Shown: positions 37,122 to 47,586, numbered from the stretch's first letter. The stretch is 64,000 bases of DNA from an uncultured Chloroflexia bacterium (GCA_963713975.1 OY970218.1:1280001-1344000), one strand, 5' to 3'. A program made the numbers and translations. Notes: generated by a model not told the origin, from the sequence alone.

Positions 37122-37238
37122 GGTGCCCATCCTATCGCCGGTCGTCCTCCGGTCCCTGCGCGGGCGACCGTCACGATCGCGTCATCGACGGGCGGCAGAT
37201 TGGGCGTCGAACCACGAGATCAACAAGGGGACACCTAC

Positions 37239-37934
37239 GTGAGCAAAGCAACCATCCCGATGCGCTGGGGCGCTCTGGCGCTGGTCGGGGCGATGGCCCT
37301 CGCGGCATGCGGTGGCTCGACGGGAGCCACTTCCGCCCCGGCGGCCAGCGACCACGATGCGGCCTCGATGGCCCCGGAGCCGGCTGAGACGCCCGCGTCC
37401 GCGACGGCCTCGCCCGCTTCGAGCGCCCAGGCCACGCCGGACGCCCCCGCCACCGCCGAGCCCGCCATGAGCCCCGCCATGAACGCTGCCGCCGCGGCGC
37501 TCGCCGGCAAGGACTGGGCGACGGCCACGCTCACCGACGTCGACACCGGCGAGGAGTTCACGATCGCGGACCTGGCCGGCAAGCCGGTGTTCGTGGAGAC
37601 CATGGCGATCTGGTGCTCCAACTGCCGCGCGCAGCAGGGCCGGTTCACGGAGGCGCTGGGACGCCTGCCCGCCGGCGCGGCCGAGTACGTCGTCCTGACC
37701 ATCGACCCGTCCGAGACCGCGGAGGACCTCGCCCGCTACAAGGCGGATCGCGGGTTCGCCGGGCGCTACGTCGTCGCGGGCAAGGCGATGTCGAAGGCCC
37801 TCCAGGCGGAGTTCGGGACCAACGCCCTGAACCCGCCCAGCGTGCCGCTCGTGTTCATCTCGCCCTCGGGTGAGGTGACGTTCTCGACCGGCTCCGAGTC
37901 GGTCGACGAGATCGTGGCCAAGGCCGGCGCCTGA
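37239..37934 (+). CDS. TlpA-like thioredoxin lipoprotein
   Basis: LAAC lipobox, WCSNC. Confidence 0.8.
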   Translation: MSKATIPMRWGALALVGAMALAACGGSTGATSAPAASDHDAASMAPEPAETPASATASPASSAQATPDAPATAEPAMSPAMNAAAAALAGKDWATATLTDVDTGEEFTIADLAGKPVFVETMAIWCSNCRAQQGRFTEALGRLPAGAAEYVVLTIDPSETAEDLARYKADRGFAGRYVVAGKAMSKALQAEFGTNALNPPSVPLVFISPSGEVTFSTGSESVDEIVAKAGA

Positions 37935-38608
37935 TGGGCGAGCTCGTCGCAGTGTTCGCGGCAGGTCTGGCGAGCGCCGCCAGCCCCTGCCTGCTGCCGC
38001 TGTACCCGAGCTTCCTCGCCTACCTGTCCGCGAACGCCGGTTCGCTCTCCGGGCGCAAGGGCACCGGGTTCCTGGGGCTCCTGGTCCTGATGGGGCTGCT
38101 CACGACGATGGTCCTGATCGGCGTCGTCCTGGTCGCGGTGTCCGCCCCGATCGGGCAGGTGGCGTCCTATCTCGTGCCGCTCGTGGACGGGTTCCTGATC
38201 GTGCTGGGCGTGATGCTCCTGGCGGGCCGCAACCCGTTCAACCGGCTGCCAGGCATGCGTGTGCCGGTGGTGAGCAATCCCTTCGGCCAGGCGTACGTCT
38301 ACGGGATGATGCTGGGGCCGATTGCGCTCCCCTGTGCCGGGCCGTTCCTGGCGGCGCTGCTCGCCGTCTCGGTGGGCTTCGGCGATGCGGTGCTGGGACT
38401 GGTGACCTTCATCGTCTTCGGGCTAGGTTTCGGGCTGCCGCTGGTGCTGCTGTCGCTGCTGGCCGGCGCCCGGCAGAGGTCGATCGTGGGGTACGTGACC
38501 GCGCACCATCGCGGGATCGAGATCGGGTCCGGACTGGTGCTGATCGCGGTCGCCCTGTGGGACCTGCGCGAGAACTGGGAGGGGATCCTGTTCACCTTCG
38601 GGGCCTGA
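37934..38608 (+). CDS. ccdA: CcdA/DsbD-type transmembrane electron transporter
   Basis: SPCLLPLYP and LPCAGP motifs, 6 TM. Confidence 0.85.
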   Translation: MGELVAVFAAGLASAASPCLLPLYPSFLAYLSANAGSLSGRKGTGFLGLLVLMGLLTTMVLIGVVLVAVSAPIGQVASYLVPLVDGFLIVLGVMLLAGRNPFNRLPGMRVPVVSNPFGQAYVYGMMLGPIALPCAGPFLAALLAVSVGFGDAVLGLVTFIVFGLGFGLPLVLLSLLAGARQRSIVGYVTAHHRGIEIGSGLVLIAVALWDLRENWEGILFTFGA

Positions 38609-38669
38609 GGACCACGCGGTCGGCGGAGGCCCGCCCGCCTCCTGGGCTTGTCCGCGGTACCGTGCGCCG

Positions 38670-39200
38670 ATGAGCGACCAGCCCGGCACCCCGGCCATCG
38701 CAGCCCTCGAGGCCGCCGGCGTCCCGTTCCGCGTCGTCCGGACCGCGATCGCCCGCAGCGCGGAGGAGAGCGCCACCCTCCAGGGGATCCCGGTGGCCAA
38801 CCTGCTGCGCTCGATCCTCGTCCGCCGCGCCGCCGACGACTACCTCTTCGTCCTGGTCCCGGGTGGCCGCCGCTTCAACTGGCCGGCCCTCCGCGCGCTG
38901 CTCGGCACGAACCGCCTCACGCTCCCCACCGAAGAGGAGGCGAAGGCGGAGACGGGCTATGTCCGCGGCGCGATCACGCCCTTCGGCGCCCGGCGCCAGT
39001 GGCCGGTGATCGCGGACGCCTCGATCCAGGGCCTGGAATCCGTCGCGATCGGCGGGGGCGCGCGGGGCGTCAACGTCCACCTCGCGCCGGCGGACCTGGT
39101 CGCGGCGACCAACGCGCAAGTCGCGGACATCACCGTCCCCGAGCCGGCGCCCGAACGCCGGGATGGCCCGGACCCCGGGGCGGCGGCCGCGGAGGCCTGA
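38670..39200 (+). CDS. YbaK/EbsC family aminoacyl-tRNA deacylase
   Basis: TGYVRGAITPFG, IGGGARG. Confidence 0.88.
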   Translation: MSDQPGTPAIAALEAAGVPFRVVRTAIARSAEESATLQGIPVANLLRSILVRRAADDYLFVLVPGGRRFNWPALRALLGTNRLTLPTEEEAKAETGYVRGAITPFGARRQWPVIADASIQGLESVAIGGGARGVNVHLAPADLVAATNAQVADITVPEPAPERRDGPDPGAAAAEA

Positions 39201-39221
39201 CCGGCCGTTACCATCAGGGCG

Positions 39222-40508
39222 ATGGCCGAACCCGCGCCCGTTCCTGCCTCCGCCCCCGTGCCGGCACCCGGTCCGCTCGCCGGGATCCGCGTCGCCGACT
39301 GCTCCACGGTCCTCGCCGGGCCGTACTGCACGATGCTGCTCGCGGACCTTGGCGCGGACGTGGTCAAGGTGGAGCCGCCCGATGGCGACGCGACCCGCGG
39401 CTGGGGTCCGCCGTGGGTCGGTGACGAGGCGGCCGGTACCCGCACCGCGGCCTACTACCTGTCTGTGAACCGCAACAAGCGGTCGATCCGCCTGGATCTC
39501 AGGCAGGAACCCGGGCGCGAGGTCCTGCGCCGTCTCCTCCGCGCATCCGACGTCTTCGTCGAGAACTTCCGCGTCGGCGGGCTTGCGCGCCTGGGCTTTG
39601 GTGACGACGCGCTTCGGGACCTGAACCCCGCGCTGATCCACCTCGCCATCTCCGGCTTCGGGCCGGACGGGCCGGATGCGCAGAAGCCGGGCTACGACTT
39701 CGTAGTCCAGGCCGTGGGAGGCCTGATGTCGATCACGGGCGACCCTGACGAGGATGGCGGCCGGCCCACGAAGGTGGGTGTCGCGATCAGCGACGTCGTG
39801 ACCGGGCTGTTCGGGGCGGTGTCGGTGCTCGCGGGCCTGGTCGGCCGAGGTCGCGCGGCCGGCGGCGATGCGGCGGCCGGCGCCGGTTCGCCCGGAGGCC
39901 AGCGCATCGACGTCTCGCTGCTCGAGTCCACCCTTGCGGTCCTCGTCAACCAGGCCCAGAACGCGTTCACATCCGGCGCGGCCCCGGGCCGCCTTGGCAA
40001 CGCCCATCCCAACCTCGTCCCGTACGAGACGTTCCGGACGGCCGACGGCGAGGTCGCGGTCGCGGTGGGCAGCGAGCGCCAGTGGCCCCGCCTGTGCGAG
40101 GCGATGCGCCTCCCGGGGCTTGCCGCCGATCCCCGGTTCACCACGAATGGGGACCGCGTGGACCGTCGCGCCGAGCTCCGCCCGCTGCTGGCCGCCCGGT
40201 TCCTCGAGCGCCCGACCGCTGACTGGATCGCGGAGCTCCACGCGGCCGAGGTCCCCTGCAGCCCGATCAACGACATCCCGGCGGCATTCGGGTCGGCGCA
40301 GGCGCGGGCTCGGGCGATGACCGTGGACGTGGAGCACCCGGTGCTGGGCGCCGTCCGCCAGGTCGGCCTGCCGTTCACGCTGTCGACGACGCCCGCCTCC
40401 ATCCGGACCGCGCCCCCGCTCCTGGGCGAGCACACGCAGGAGATCCTTGCGGAGCTCGGCTACGACCGGGCGGCGATCGCCGCGCTCGAGGAGGGGGGCG
40501 TCACGTGA
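39222..40508 (+). CDS. Family III CoA transferase (CaiB/BaiF)
   Basis: LAGPYCTMLLADLGADVVKVE, NRNKRS, ENFR, SD catalytic Asp. Confidence 0.92.
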   Translation: MAEPAPVPASAPVPAPGPLAGIRVADCSTVLAGPYCTMLLADLGADVVKVEPPDGDATRGWGPPWVGDEAAGTRTAAYYLSVNRNKRSIRLDLRQEPGREVLRRLLRASDVFVENFRVGGLARLGFGDDALRDLNPALIHLAISGFGPDGPDAQKPGYDFVVQAVGGLMSITGDPDEDGGRPTKVGVAISDVVTGLFGAVSVLAGLVGRGRAAGGDAAAGAGSPGGQRIDVSLLESTLAVLVNQAQNAFTSGAAPGRLGNAHPNLVPYETFRTADGEVAVAVGSERQWPRLCEAMRLPGLAADPRFTTNGDRVDRRAELRPLLAARFLERPTADWIAELHAAEVPCSPINDIPAAFGSAQARARAMTVDVEHPVLGAVRQVGLPFTLSTTPASIRTAPPLLGEHTQEILAELGYDRAAIAALEEGGVT

Positions 40509-40945
40509 GCCGCCGGATGATCACCTACCCCACGAACCAGCTCCTGGGCGTCATCGACCGTCCGGACGATGCCGGCCGTGCCACCGATGCGCTGGTCGAG
40601 GCCGGGTTCGACCCGGCCCGCATCGTCGTCCTGGTCGGGGAGGAGGGCACGGATCGGCTCGGCCGGCTCGGCGCCCATCCCAACGTCCTGTCGCCGCTCG
40701 TGCGCGTGTTCCAGTTCCTGCTGATGGACCAGACGCCGGACTTCCTCGTCTACGAGCGGGCGATGGAGGTCGGCCGGACGGTCGTCGCCGTGCACGTCGC
40801 GGACCGCAGGGAGATGCTCGCGGCGCGGGAGATCGTGGAGCGCCACGGCGGCCACTTCCTCAACTACTTCGGGCGCATGTCCACCGAGGAGGTCTCGATG
40901 TGGCGGGGCGAGGAGCCCGAGATTCCCGACGCGCTGCGCCGGTAG
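40505..40945 (+). CDS. Hypothetical protein
   Basis: GTGA overlap with the upstream gene; protein-like alpha/beta pattern. Confidence 0.65.
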   Translation: MSRRMITYPTNQLLGVIDRPDDAGRATDALVEAGFDPARIVVLVGEEGTDRLGRLGAHPNVLSPLVRVFQFLLMDQTPDFLVYERAMEVGRTVVAVHVADRREMLAAREIVERHGGHFLNYFGRMSTEEVSMWRGEEPEIPDALRR

Positions 40946-41071
40946 GCGGGACTTGCCGGTCGGGGATGAGCCGGCGGGGTAAATGGCTAGCAGATTGGTA
41001 GCAGTTTGTGTAGCATGCCCCCACCCTCTCCTGGGCCACATCGATTGTGGAACTCTCATCATGAGGAACTG

Positions 41072-42670
41072 ATGCGCGCCCCCATCAACCATCTGCTCCC
41101 CCTTGCGGTCCTCCTGATCGCCGGGTCGCTCCTCGCGGGCTGCGCCTCGGCCACCGGACCGGTCTGGACGTTCGGGCCGCCAGCATCCGGTGGAGCCGCT
41201 GCATCGCCCACGACCCCCGCGACATCGCCCACCACCCCCGAGGCGTCTCCATCGGCACCGGCGACCGCGGCGACCGTGAGCGTCCTCCCGACGCTGACCC
41301 CGAAGGCGGACCTCAAGCCCGTGCCCGACACCGAGGTCAATGTCGCCATCGCGCCGAACGTGCCCCCCGCTTCGGGGCGCACCGAGCAGGCGATCGTCGA
41401 CGTCCACTTCGACGTCGTCGAGGGCATCAAGACCATTGATGCGAACCGGGGCCTCCAGTACATGACCTGGGGCTACCGGATCAACGGCGACTCGGCGGTG
41501 ACCGGGACCCCCGGTCCGATCGTCCGTGCCCGCGTGGGGGACATCCTGCGCTTCACGATCACGAACCTCGCCGGCAACAGCATGCCCCACAACGTTGACT
41601 TCCATGCGGTGACCGGCCAGGGCGGCGGGGCTGCCGATACGACGGTCGCTCCGGGCGAGACGGCGGTCATCGAGGCTCGCATGCTGTATCCCGGCATGTT
41701 CATGTACCACTGCGCGTCGGGCGACGTGCCGACCCACATCGCCCAGGGCATGTACGGCGGCATCCTGGTGGATCCCGAGGTTCCCCTGCCAACCGTTGCA
41801 CACGAGCTGTACATGGTCCAGTCCGAGTACTACACGACCGATCCGGTCGCCGGCCCGCTGACCACCGACCGGGTCGCGATGACGAACGAGGACCCCCAGT
41901 TCGTGGTGTTCAATGGTGCCGTCGGCTCCCTGACGGGCGACAACTCACCGCACATGCAGGTCGGCGAGACGATGCGGATCTACTTCGTCAATGCCGGGCT
42001 GAACCTGGACTCGAACTTCCACCCGATCGGCTCGCACTGGGACGCGGTGTACTCCGAGGCCGCCCTGCTGAACCCGCCCCTTCGCGGGTCGCAGACGACC
42101 CTGGTCCCCGCGGGTGGCGGCGTGGTGGTCGAGCTCATCGGCCAGGTGCCGATGACCGTCGTCCTCGTGGATCACGCGCTGACGCGCGCCTTCGACAAGG
42201 GGGCGATCGGCACGATCGTGATCGACGGCGAACCGAACCCGGAGATCTTCGAGGCCCTGGGCCTGCAGGACGTGCCCGGCGCATCGGGAGGGCCGGCGAC
42301 TCCGCCGCCGTCCAGTGCCCCCGCACCGGCGACGCCCGCCCCGAGTGCCGCCAGCGGCAACGTCGACATGTCGATCGTCGCGGGCAGCTCCATCTTCCAG
42401 GACGCCAACGCGCCCGACGAGTTCGCCGAGACCGAGAGCATCCCCGACTACAGCGTCAATGTCCTGACGGTCAAGCCCGGCACGACCGTCACCTGGACCA
42501 ATGACGACCCCGGCATGGTGCACACGGTGACCGCCGTGGATGGATCGTTCGACTCGGGCTTCCTCCAGGCCGGCCAGACATACTCGTACACGTTCCAGAC
42601 CCCCGGCGAGTTCGAGTACACCTGCACGCCCCACCCGTGGATGCGGGCGAAGGTCATCGTCGAGGGCTAG
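41072..42670 (+). CDS. nirK: Copper-containing nitrite reductase, lipoprotein, with C-terminal cupredoxin domain
   Basis: HNVDFH, YHC..(x)HIAQGM, SNFHPIG, VDHA; C-terminal HTVT...CTPHPWM type-1 Cu site. Confidence 0.88.
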   Translation: MRAPINHLLPLAVLLIAGSLLAGCASATGPVWTFGPPASGGAAASPTTPATSPTTPEASPSAPATAATVSVLPTLTPKADLKPVPDTEVNVAIAPNVPPASGRTEQAIVDVHFDVVEGIKTIDANRGLQYMTWGYRINGDSAVTGTPGPIVRARVGDILRFTITNLAGNSMPHNVDFHAVTGQGGGAADTTVAPGETAVIEARMLYPGMFMYHCASGDVPTHIAQGMYGGILVDPEVPLPTVAHELYMVQSEYYTTDPVAGPLTTDRVAMTNEDPQFVVFNGAVGSLTGDNSPHMQVGETMRIYFVNAGLNLDSNFHPIGSHWDAVYSEAALLNPPLRGSQTTLVPAGGGVVVELIGQVPMTVVLVDHALTRAFDKGAIGTIVIDGEPNPEIFEALGLQDVPGASGGPATPPPSSAPAPATPAPSAASGNVDMSIVAGSSIFQDANAPDEFAETESIPDYSVNVLTVKPGTTVTWTNDDPGMVHTVTAVDGSFDSGFLQAGQTYSYTFQTPGEFEYTCTPHPWMRAKVIVEG

Positions 42671-42739
42671 GCCTCCAGGGTCGGGCACCACCGCGCGGGG
42701 CGACCCTGCCGGTCTGCCCCGCGACCTTGCCGGTCGCCC

Positions 42740-44425
42740 TCAGGGTTCCTGGGCGATCATCGCCAGGATGGTCTCGACATCCGCGGTGCCGACGACGCCC
42801 TGGTACTTGGCCCGGACGATCCCGTGACCGTCCACGACATACAGCCAGGGCATCGACGCGATGCCCCATGCCGACCCCCCGACCCCCCACGCCTTCGCGG
42901 CACTGGTCAGCTTCGGGTCGGCCAGCGTCCCATCGAGCACCGGCTCCGACGCCACGACCGTGTACCGGAACGGCTCGTGGTGGATGAAGTCGACACCCGC
43001 CCACCGGTCGAGCAGACCGCGGGACATGAACAGCGCCGTGCCGCACCCCCGGCTCACCTTGAAGCGATAGGAGTCGATGATCAGGACGAATGGTCGGCCC
43101 GCGGTGAGCGAATCTGCGGTCGAGGTGTTCGAGAGCCGTGGATCCGGTACCGGGTCCGTGGTTACCCATGAGGCGTCACCGCCGTAATCGGCGGCAACCG
43201 GCGTCCGCATCGCGGGAGCCGCATCACCGAGTGCGGGTGTCTCACCCTGGTCCCTGACCATCATCCCCATCCTGCCTGCCCACCGGGTGCCGGCGCGGTC
43301 CACGCCCGTGATGACCGCGGTCCACTGGCCCGGTGTCGGGATGTCCATCGTCGCGATGTAGTACACCGAGCCCCTGCCGTCCTGTTGGACCGTCATGGCC
43401 GGTACGGCACGGCCAACCGGGGTGGTGTTGTCCGCCAGCAGCTGGATGGCCACCGCAAGCCCGGGATCGTCGATGCGGCCGTCCAGCCTCTCCAGCTTGA
43501 GGATCACCGGGCTGTGGCCACCAGACCAGACGGCGCTGGACACCAGCACCGGCCAGAACGTCGATGCGGCGGGGGGCATGCTGGGGCTGGCGGCCGTGGC
43601 CGTCGGAACGGCGGCCGTGGTGGGTGTGGGCGTCGCCGTCGGGATCGGCGTGGCGTCGGGGATCGGCGTGGGCGCAACCGTCGGGATGGGCGTGGCGGCT
43701 GCGACTCGACGCAGGACCTCGGCCATGGTTGGGCTATCGGTGCCGAAGGGCAGCCGTCCTCGCAGGCGGCCGGTGCCGTCGATCACGAAGACATCGGCCG
43801 TGTGGGCCATCGAATACTCGGCCGGGTCGGCCTCCTCCACGCGTGCATAGCGAACGCCCCACGCATCGGCCGTCTCCCGGATCTGGGCGGCCGTCCCGGT
43901 AGCTGCCGTGGTCCCGGCCGGCATGTAGCGCACGTACTTGGACAGGAATGCGACCGTGTCCCGTTCCGGATCGACGCTGACGAAGACCGCCCTGGCTCCG
44001 ATGTCGGCTGCTGCGATCGCCTCGCCGACAACGCCGATGGTGGTCGGGCAGATATCGGGACAGTGGGTGTAGCCGAAGAAGACCAGGACGGGCCCGCCAC
44101 GCATCCCGGCGAGCGACAGCGGTGCCCCGTCCGCCCCGGTCAACTCGAGCGCAGACGCCGGGACGGGGGCTGGATCGAGATACCCTTCCACGTCGATCCC
44201 GTCGGGCGGGCTGGCGGACGCTGACGGCTCGGAGCTCGAGCCGATGGTCGTGCCCCATGCGCCGGCGCCCTGGCCGCCCGGATCCGACTCGGTCAACCCG
44301 GCCACGCCCTTGGCCGCGATGGCGATCAGGAATACCGCGATCAGCAGGACGGTGAGGCGGAAGGCACCATCCGAGACCCCACGCGAGCCACCGGTCGAGG
44401 CCGGCGCCTCCGGTCGTCCCGTCAT
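42740..44425 (-). CDS. SCO/SenC copper chaperone fused via a Pro/Thr linker to an additional domain
   Basis: FFGYTHCPDICP, VSVDPERD, YSMAH; start uncertain. Confidence 0.8.
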   Translation of the reverse strand: MTGRPEAPASTGGSRGVSDGAFRLTVLLIAVFLIAIAAKGVAGLTESDPGGQGAGAWGTTIGSSSEPSASASPPDGIDVEGYLDPAPVPASALELTGADGAPLSLAGMRGGPVLVFFGYTHCPDICPTTIGVVGEAIAAADIGARAVFVSVDPERDTVAFLSKYVRYMPAGTTAATGTAAQIRETADAWGVRYARVEEADPAEYSMAHTADVFVIDGTGRLRGRLPFGTDSPTMAEVLRRVAAATPIPTVAPTPIPDATPIPTATPTPTTAAVPTATAASPSMPPAASTFWPVLVSSAVWSGGHSPVILKLERLDGRIDDPGLAVAIQLLADNTTPVGRAVPAMTVQQDGRGSVYYIATMDIPTPGQWTAVITGVDRAGTRWAGRMGMMVRDQGETPALGDAAPAMRTPVAADYGGDASWVTTDPVPDPRLSNTSTADSLTAGRPFVLIIDSYRFKVSRGCGTALFMSRGLLDRWAGVDFIHHEPFRYTVVASEPVLDGTLADPKLTSAAKAWGVGGSAWGIASMPWLYVVDGHGIVRAKYQGVVGTADVETILAMIAQEP

Positions 44426-44510
44426 GGCAGCCAGACCGGATCCAGCCAGAACCGGCTCCCCGGAGACGGGCTGGCGTAATCTACCAGCAACTGAGTACAC
44501 ATTGCGGAAC

Positions 44511-45932
44511 ATGATAGGCGACCCACTGAACCAGGTCGGCCCGGATCCATCCGACGACCCGCACACTCCCAGCGATGCGGTGATCGCCGGTACCACCGAC
44601 ACGCGGAGGGCGATTCCGCCCCGGACCCCGCCCACCAGGGCGCCACTCCCTATTCCGCTCTCGACCGCACCGCGGCCCGTACCGGGCGGCCCCCTCCGTC
44701 CGGGGCCCCGGCGTGCCGACGATCGACGCGTGGCGATGGCCTCCCTGGTCGTCGCCGGGGGCTTCCTCGCGGCCGCGATCCTGGTGCTGATTGCCGAGTC
44801 CCTGGGGGCCGGTGTCATCTCGCCCTGGCTGCCGCTCCACCTCGCACTCGCCGGGGGCGCCTCGACGGCGATCGCGGGTGTGATGCCGTTCTTCGTGGCA
44901 GCGCTGGCCGCCAGCCCGCCTGCCGGCGTGCGACTCCGGGGCGGGGCCGTTGCGCTGGTTGCCGTCGGTGCCGCCCTGGTGGCCGTGCGTGGCGTGATCC
45001 CGGCCATGACCATGCTGCCGATCATCGGGGGGCTGCTCTACCTCGCCGGGATCGGTGCGGTGGCCGCCGCCATCCGTGCGTCGGACCGGGCCGGCCTGAT
45101 GATGCGGCGCCCGATCGTGACCACGGGCTACACGCTGGCCCTGGTCAACGTGGCGATCGGCGCCACCCTGGGGACGCTGGCGGTCGCGGGCTGGATCCCG
45201 ATCCTCGAGCGCTGGGTGCAGCTGCGGCCCGCCCACGCCTGGACGAACATGCTGGGGTTCGTGTCCCTGGTCATCGTGTCCACGCTCCTCCACTTCCTGC
45301 CGACCGTGCTCGGGACACGGATCGTGTCGCGTCGGACGGCGGCCATCGCCGTGCTCGGGCCCGCGATGGGATCGCCGCTGGTCGTTGGCGGCCTGCTGCT
45401 CGGCTGGGGTGCCGTTGCCGGTGGCGGAGCGGTGCTGACGGCGATCGGCGCCGCGGCAATGGGCCTGGAGGCCATCCATGTCACGCGCGACCGGGGGCAC
45501 TGGACGTCGGACCCGGGCTGGCATCGGTTCGCCTCGCTGGGCCTCCTGGCGGGCGTCGCCTGGTTCCTGGTCGGCGTCATCCTGGCCGCCCTGCAGGTCA
45601 TCATCCACGCGCCGGCAGCCGACACGTGGTCGAGCCAGGTGGTGGGGGTGCCGCTCGCGCTGGGCTGGATCGTGGGCGTGCTGCTGGCGTCGTGGACGCA
45701 CCTGCTGCCGTCGATCGGGCCGGGCGGACCGGTGGCCCACGCACGCCAGCGGGTGGTGCTCGGCCGGCTGTCGACCCCACGCCTGGTGGCCTTCAATGTG
45801 GGCGTGGCGCTGCTCGCGCTTGGGTGGCCGCTGGGCATCCCGGTGCTGGTCGCCCTCGGGTCGATCCTGGCGGGCGCGTCCATGGCCGGGACGTTGTCGC
45901 TTGCCGTCGTCGCCCTGCGGGCGGGTCGCTGA
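44511..45932 (+). CDS. Polytopic membrane protein with repeated His-containing TM motifs (NnrS/heme-copper-like, nirK-associated)
   Basis: WLPLHLALAGG, HAWTNMLGFV, LLHFLPTVL, THLLP; about 12 TM; start uncertain. Confidence 0.6.
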   Translation: MIGDPLNQVGPDPSDDPHTPSDAVIAGTTDTRRAIPPRTPPTRAPLPIPLSTAPRPVPGGPLRPGPRRADDRRVAMASLVVAGGFLAAAILVLIAESLGAGVISPWLPLHLALAGGASTAIAGVMPFFVAALAASPPAGVRLRGGAVALVAVGAALVAVRGVIPAMTMLPIIGGLLYLAGIGAVAAAIRASDRAGLMMRRPIVTTGYTLALVNVAIGATLGTLAVAGWIPILERWVQLRPAHAWTNMLGFVSLVIVSTLLHFLPTVLGTRIVSRRTAAIAVLGPAMGSPLVVGGLLLGWGAVAGGGAVLTAIGAAAMGLEAIHVTRDRGHWTSDPGWHRFASLGLLAGVAWFLVGVILAALQVIIHAPAADTWSSQVVGVPLALGWIVGVLLASWTHLLPSIGPGGPVAHARQRVVLGRLSTPRLVAFNVGVALLALGWPLGIPVLVALGSILAGASMAGTLSLAVVALRAGR

Positions 45933-45958
45933 CGATCCGAACGCCGCCTGGGTGGCCC

Positions 45959-46402
45959 TCAGCCGGTCGAGGCCTCCATCGCTGATGCGGCGCTGCGTCG
46001 GGCGGCCAGATCGGCCAGCGAGGAGCCGGCGAAGTGGCTGCGCAGCGCCTCCTGCCCGTCGAAGAAGACGTCGTGCACGTCGCACGTCCCGTCCAGTCCG
46101 CACGGCCCGCCGCGGAGCACGCACGACTGGCGACGACTGTCACCCTCGACGGCCTCGATCACGTCCAGGAGGCTGATGGCCGCCGCCTCCCTCGACAGCC
46201 GGTAGCCGCCCGCCCGCCCGGGGGCGGCCTCGACCAGTCCGCCGCGCTGGAGGTCGGCGAGCACCTGGGGCAGGAACCGGACGGGGATGCCCATGGCGTC
46301 GGAGATCCGGCGCGCGGAGAGCAACCCATTGCCCGACCCGCGAGTCAGGGCGAGCATCGCGCGCACGGCGTAGTCGCCGCGCTTGGTCAGTTCTAGGCGC
46401 AT
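45959..46402 (-). CDS. Rrf2 family Fe-S transcriptional regulator (NsrR/IscR-like)
   Basis: DYAVRAM, GRAGGYRL, ISLLDVIEAVEG, Cx6Cx5C. Confidence 0.9.
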   Translation of the reverse strand: MRLELTKRGDYAVRAMLALTRGSGNGLLSARRISDAMGIPVRFLPQVLADLQRGGLVEAAPGRAGGYRLSREAAAISLLDVIEAVEGDSRRQSCVLRGGPCGLDGTCDVHDVFFDGQEALRSHFAGSSLADLAARRSAASAMEASTG

Positions 46403-46523
46403 CGGCGGAGTATGCGTCCGAACGGCCGATGACGCCCCGAGCTCCTGCCCGTCTGCCCCCGCCTCGCGCCTCAGCGAGCCGTCGCCGACCGGGTGCCCGA
46501 CCCTCAACCGGTAGACTGCGCGG

Positions 46524-47564
46524 ATGCCCCGCTTCAACTACGGCGGTCAGGCGCTGATCGAAGGCGTCATGATGCGCGGTCGCGACGCCATCGCGGTCGC
46601 CCTGCGCCATCCCGACGGCCGCATCGTCTGGACCCAGGAACGCCTGGATGAAGGCGCCGTCCACGGTCACCGGGCCGCCAAGTGGCCGTTCGTGCGTGGA
46701 CTCGTCGTCCTCTACGAGACGCTCGTCGTCGGGACCCGCTGGCTCATCCGCTCGGCGGGCCTGCAGGCCGAGGACGAGGGCGTGGAGATCGGCAAGGGCT
46801 CCGTGGCCCTCATGCTGGGCATCACCGCGATCCTGGGCATCGGCCTGTTCTTCATCCTGCCCCTGGTGGTCGCGACATTCACGGCCGGCAACATCGAGAA
46901 CGACCTCGTCCAGCACCTCGTCGAGGGCCTGACCCGCATCGTCATCTTCCTCGGCTACCTCGTGGTCATCAGCCGGACGCCGGATATCCACCGCGTCTTC
47001 CAGTACCACGGCGCCGAGCACATGACCATCCACGCGCTCGAGGCCGGCGACCCGCTCCGCCCGGAGAACGTGCGCAAGTACCCCACTGCTCACCCGCGCT
47101 GCGGCACGGAGTTCCTGGTGGTCGTGATCCTGCTCTCGATCCTGGCCTTCAGTCTCGTGGGCCGTCAGCCCCCGCTGGTGATGATCGCGAGCCGCATCCT
47201 GCTGATCCCGGTGATCGCCTCCGTGGGCTACGAGCTGCTCCGGTTCGGGGCCCGTCACCGCTCCAACCCCGTCGTCAGGGTGATCATGTGGCCCGGGATC
47301 CTGGTCCAGAAGATCACGACCAAGCAGCCGACCGACGACATGATCGAGGTCGCGATCGTGTCGATCGAGCAGGCGATCCTGGCCGACGGCGACGAGATCC
47401 CCGAGGGCGGTCTGGAGCTCGCCCGTGACCCGATGCCGCTCCCCGGCGAGACCGCCGCGGGCGTCCGTGCCGTGCAGGAGCAGGCGGAAGCGGAGATGGC
47501 CGCGAACGCCGCCGAGGGCGACTCGCCGACGAAGGCGGTCACCGACCCGCCGATCTCCGGCTGA
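46524..47564 (+). CDS. DUF1385 membrane protein
   Basis: YGGQALIEGVMMRG, FQYHGAEH, HPRCGT. Confidence 0.88.
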   Translation: MPRFNYGGQALIEGVMMRGRDAIAVALRHPDGRIVWTQERLDEGAVHGHRAAKWPFVRGLVVLYETLVVGTRWLIRSAGLQAEDEGVEIGKGSVALMLGITAILGIGLFFILPLVVATFTAGNIENDLVQHLVEGLTRIVIFLGYLVVISRTPDIHRVFQYHGAEHMTIHALEAGDPLRPENVRKYPTAHPRCGTEFLVVVILLSILAFSLVGRQPPLVMIASRILLIPVIASVGYELLRFGARHRSNPVVRVIMWPGILVQKITTKQPTDDMIEVAIVSIEQAILADGDEIPEGGLELARDPMPLPGETAAGVRAVQEQAEAEMAANAAEGDSPTKAVTDPPISG

Positions 47565-47586
47565 TCGCGGCCGGACCGGACGTCCC

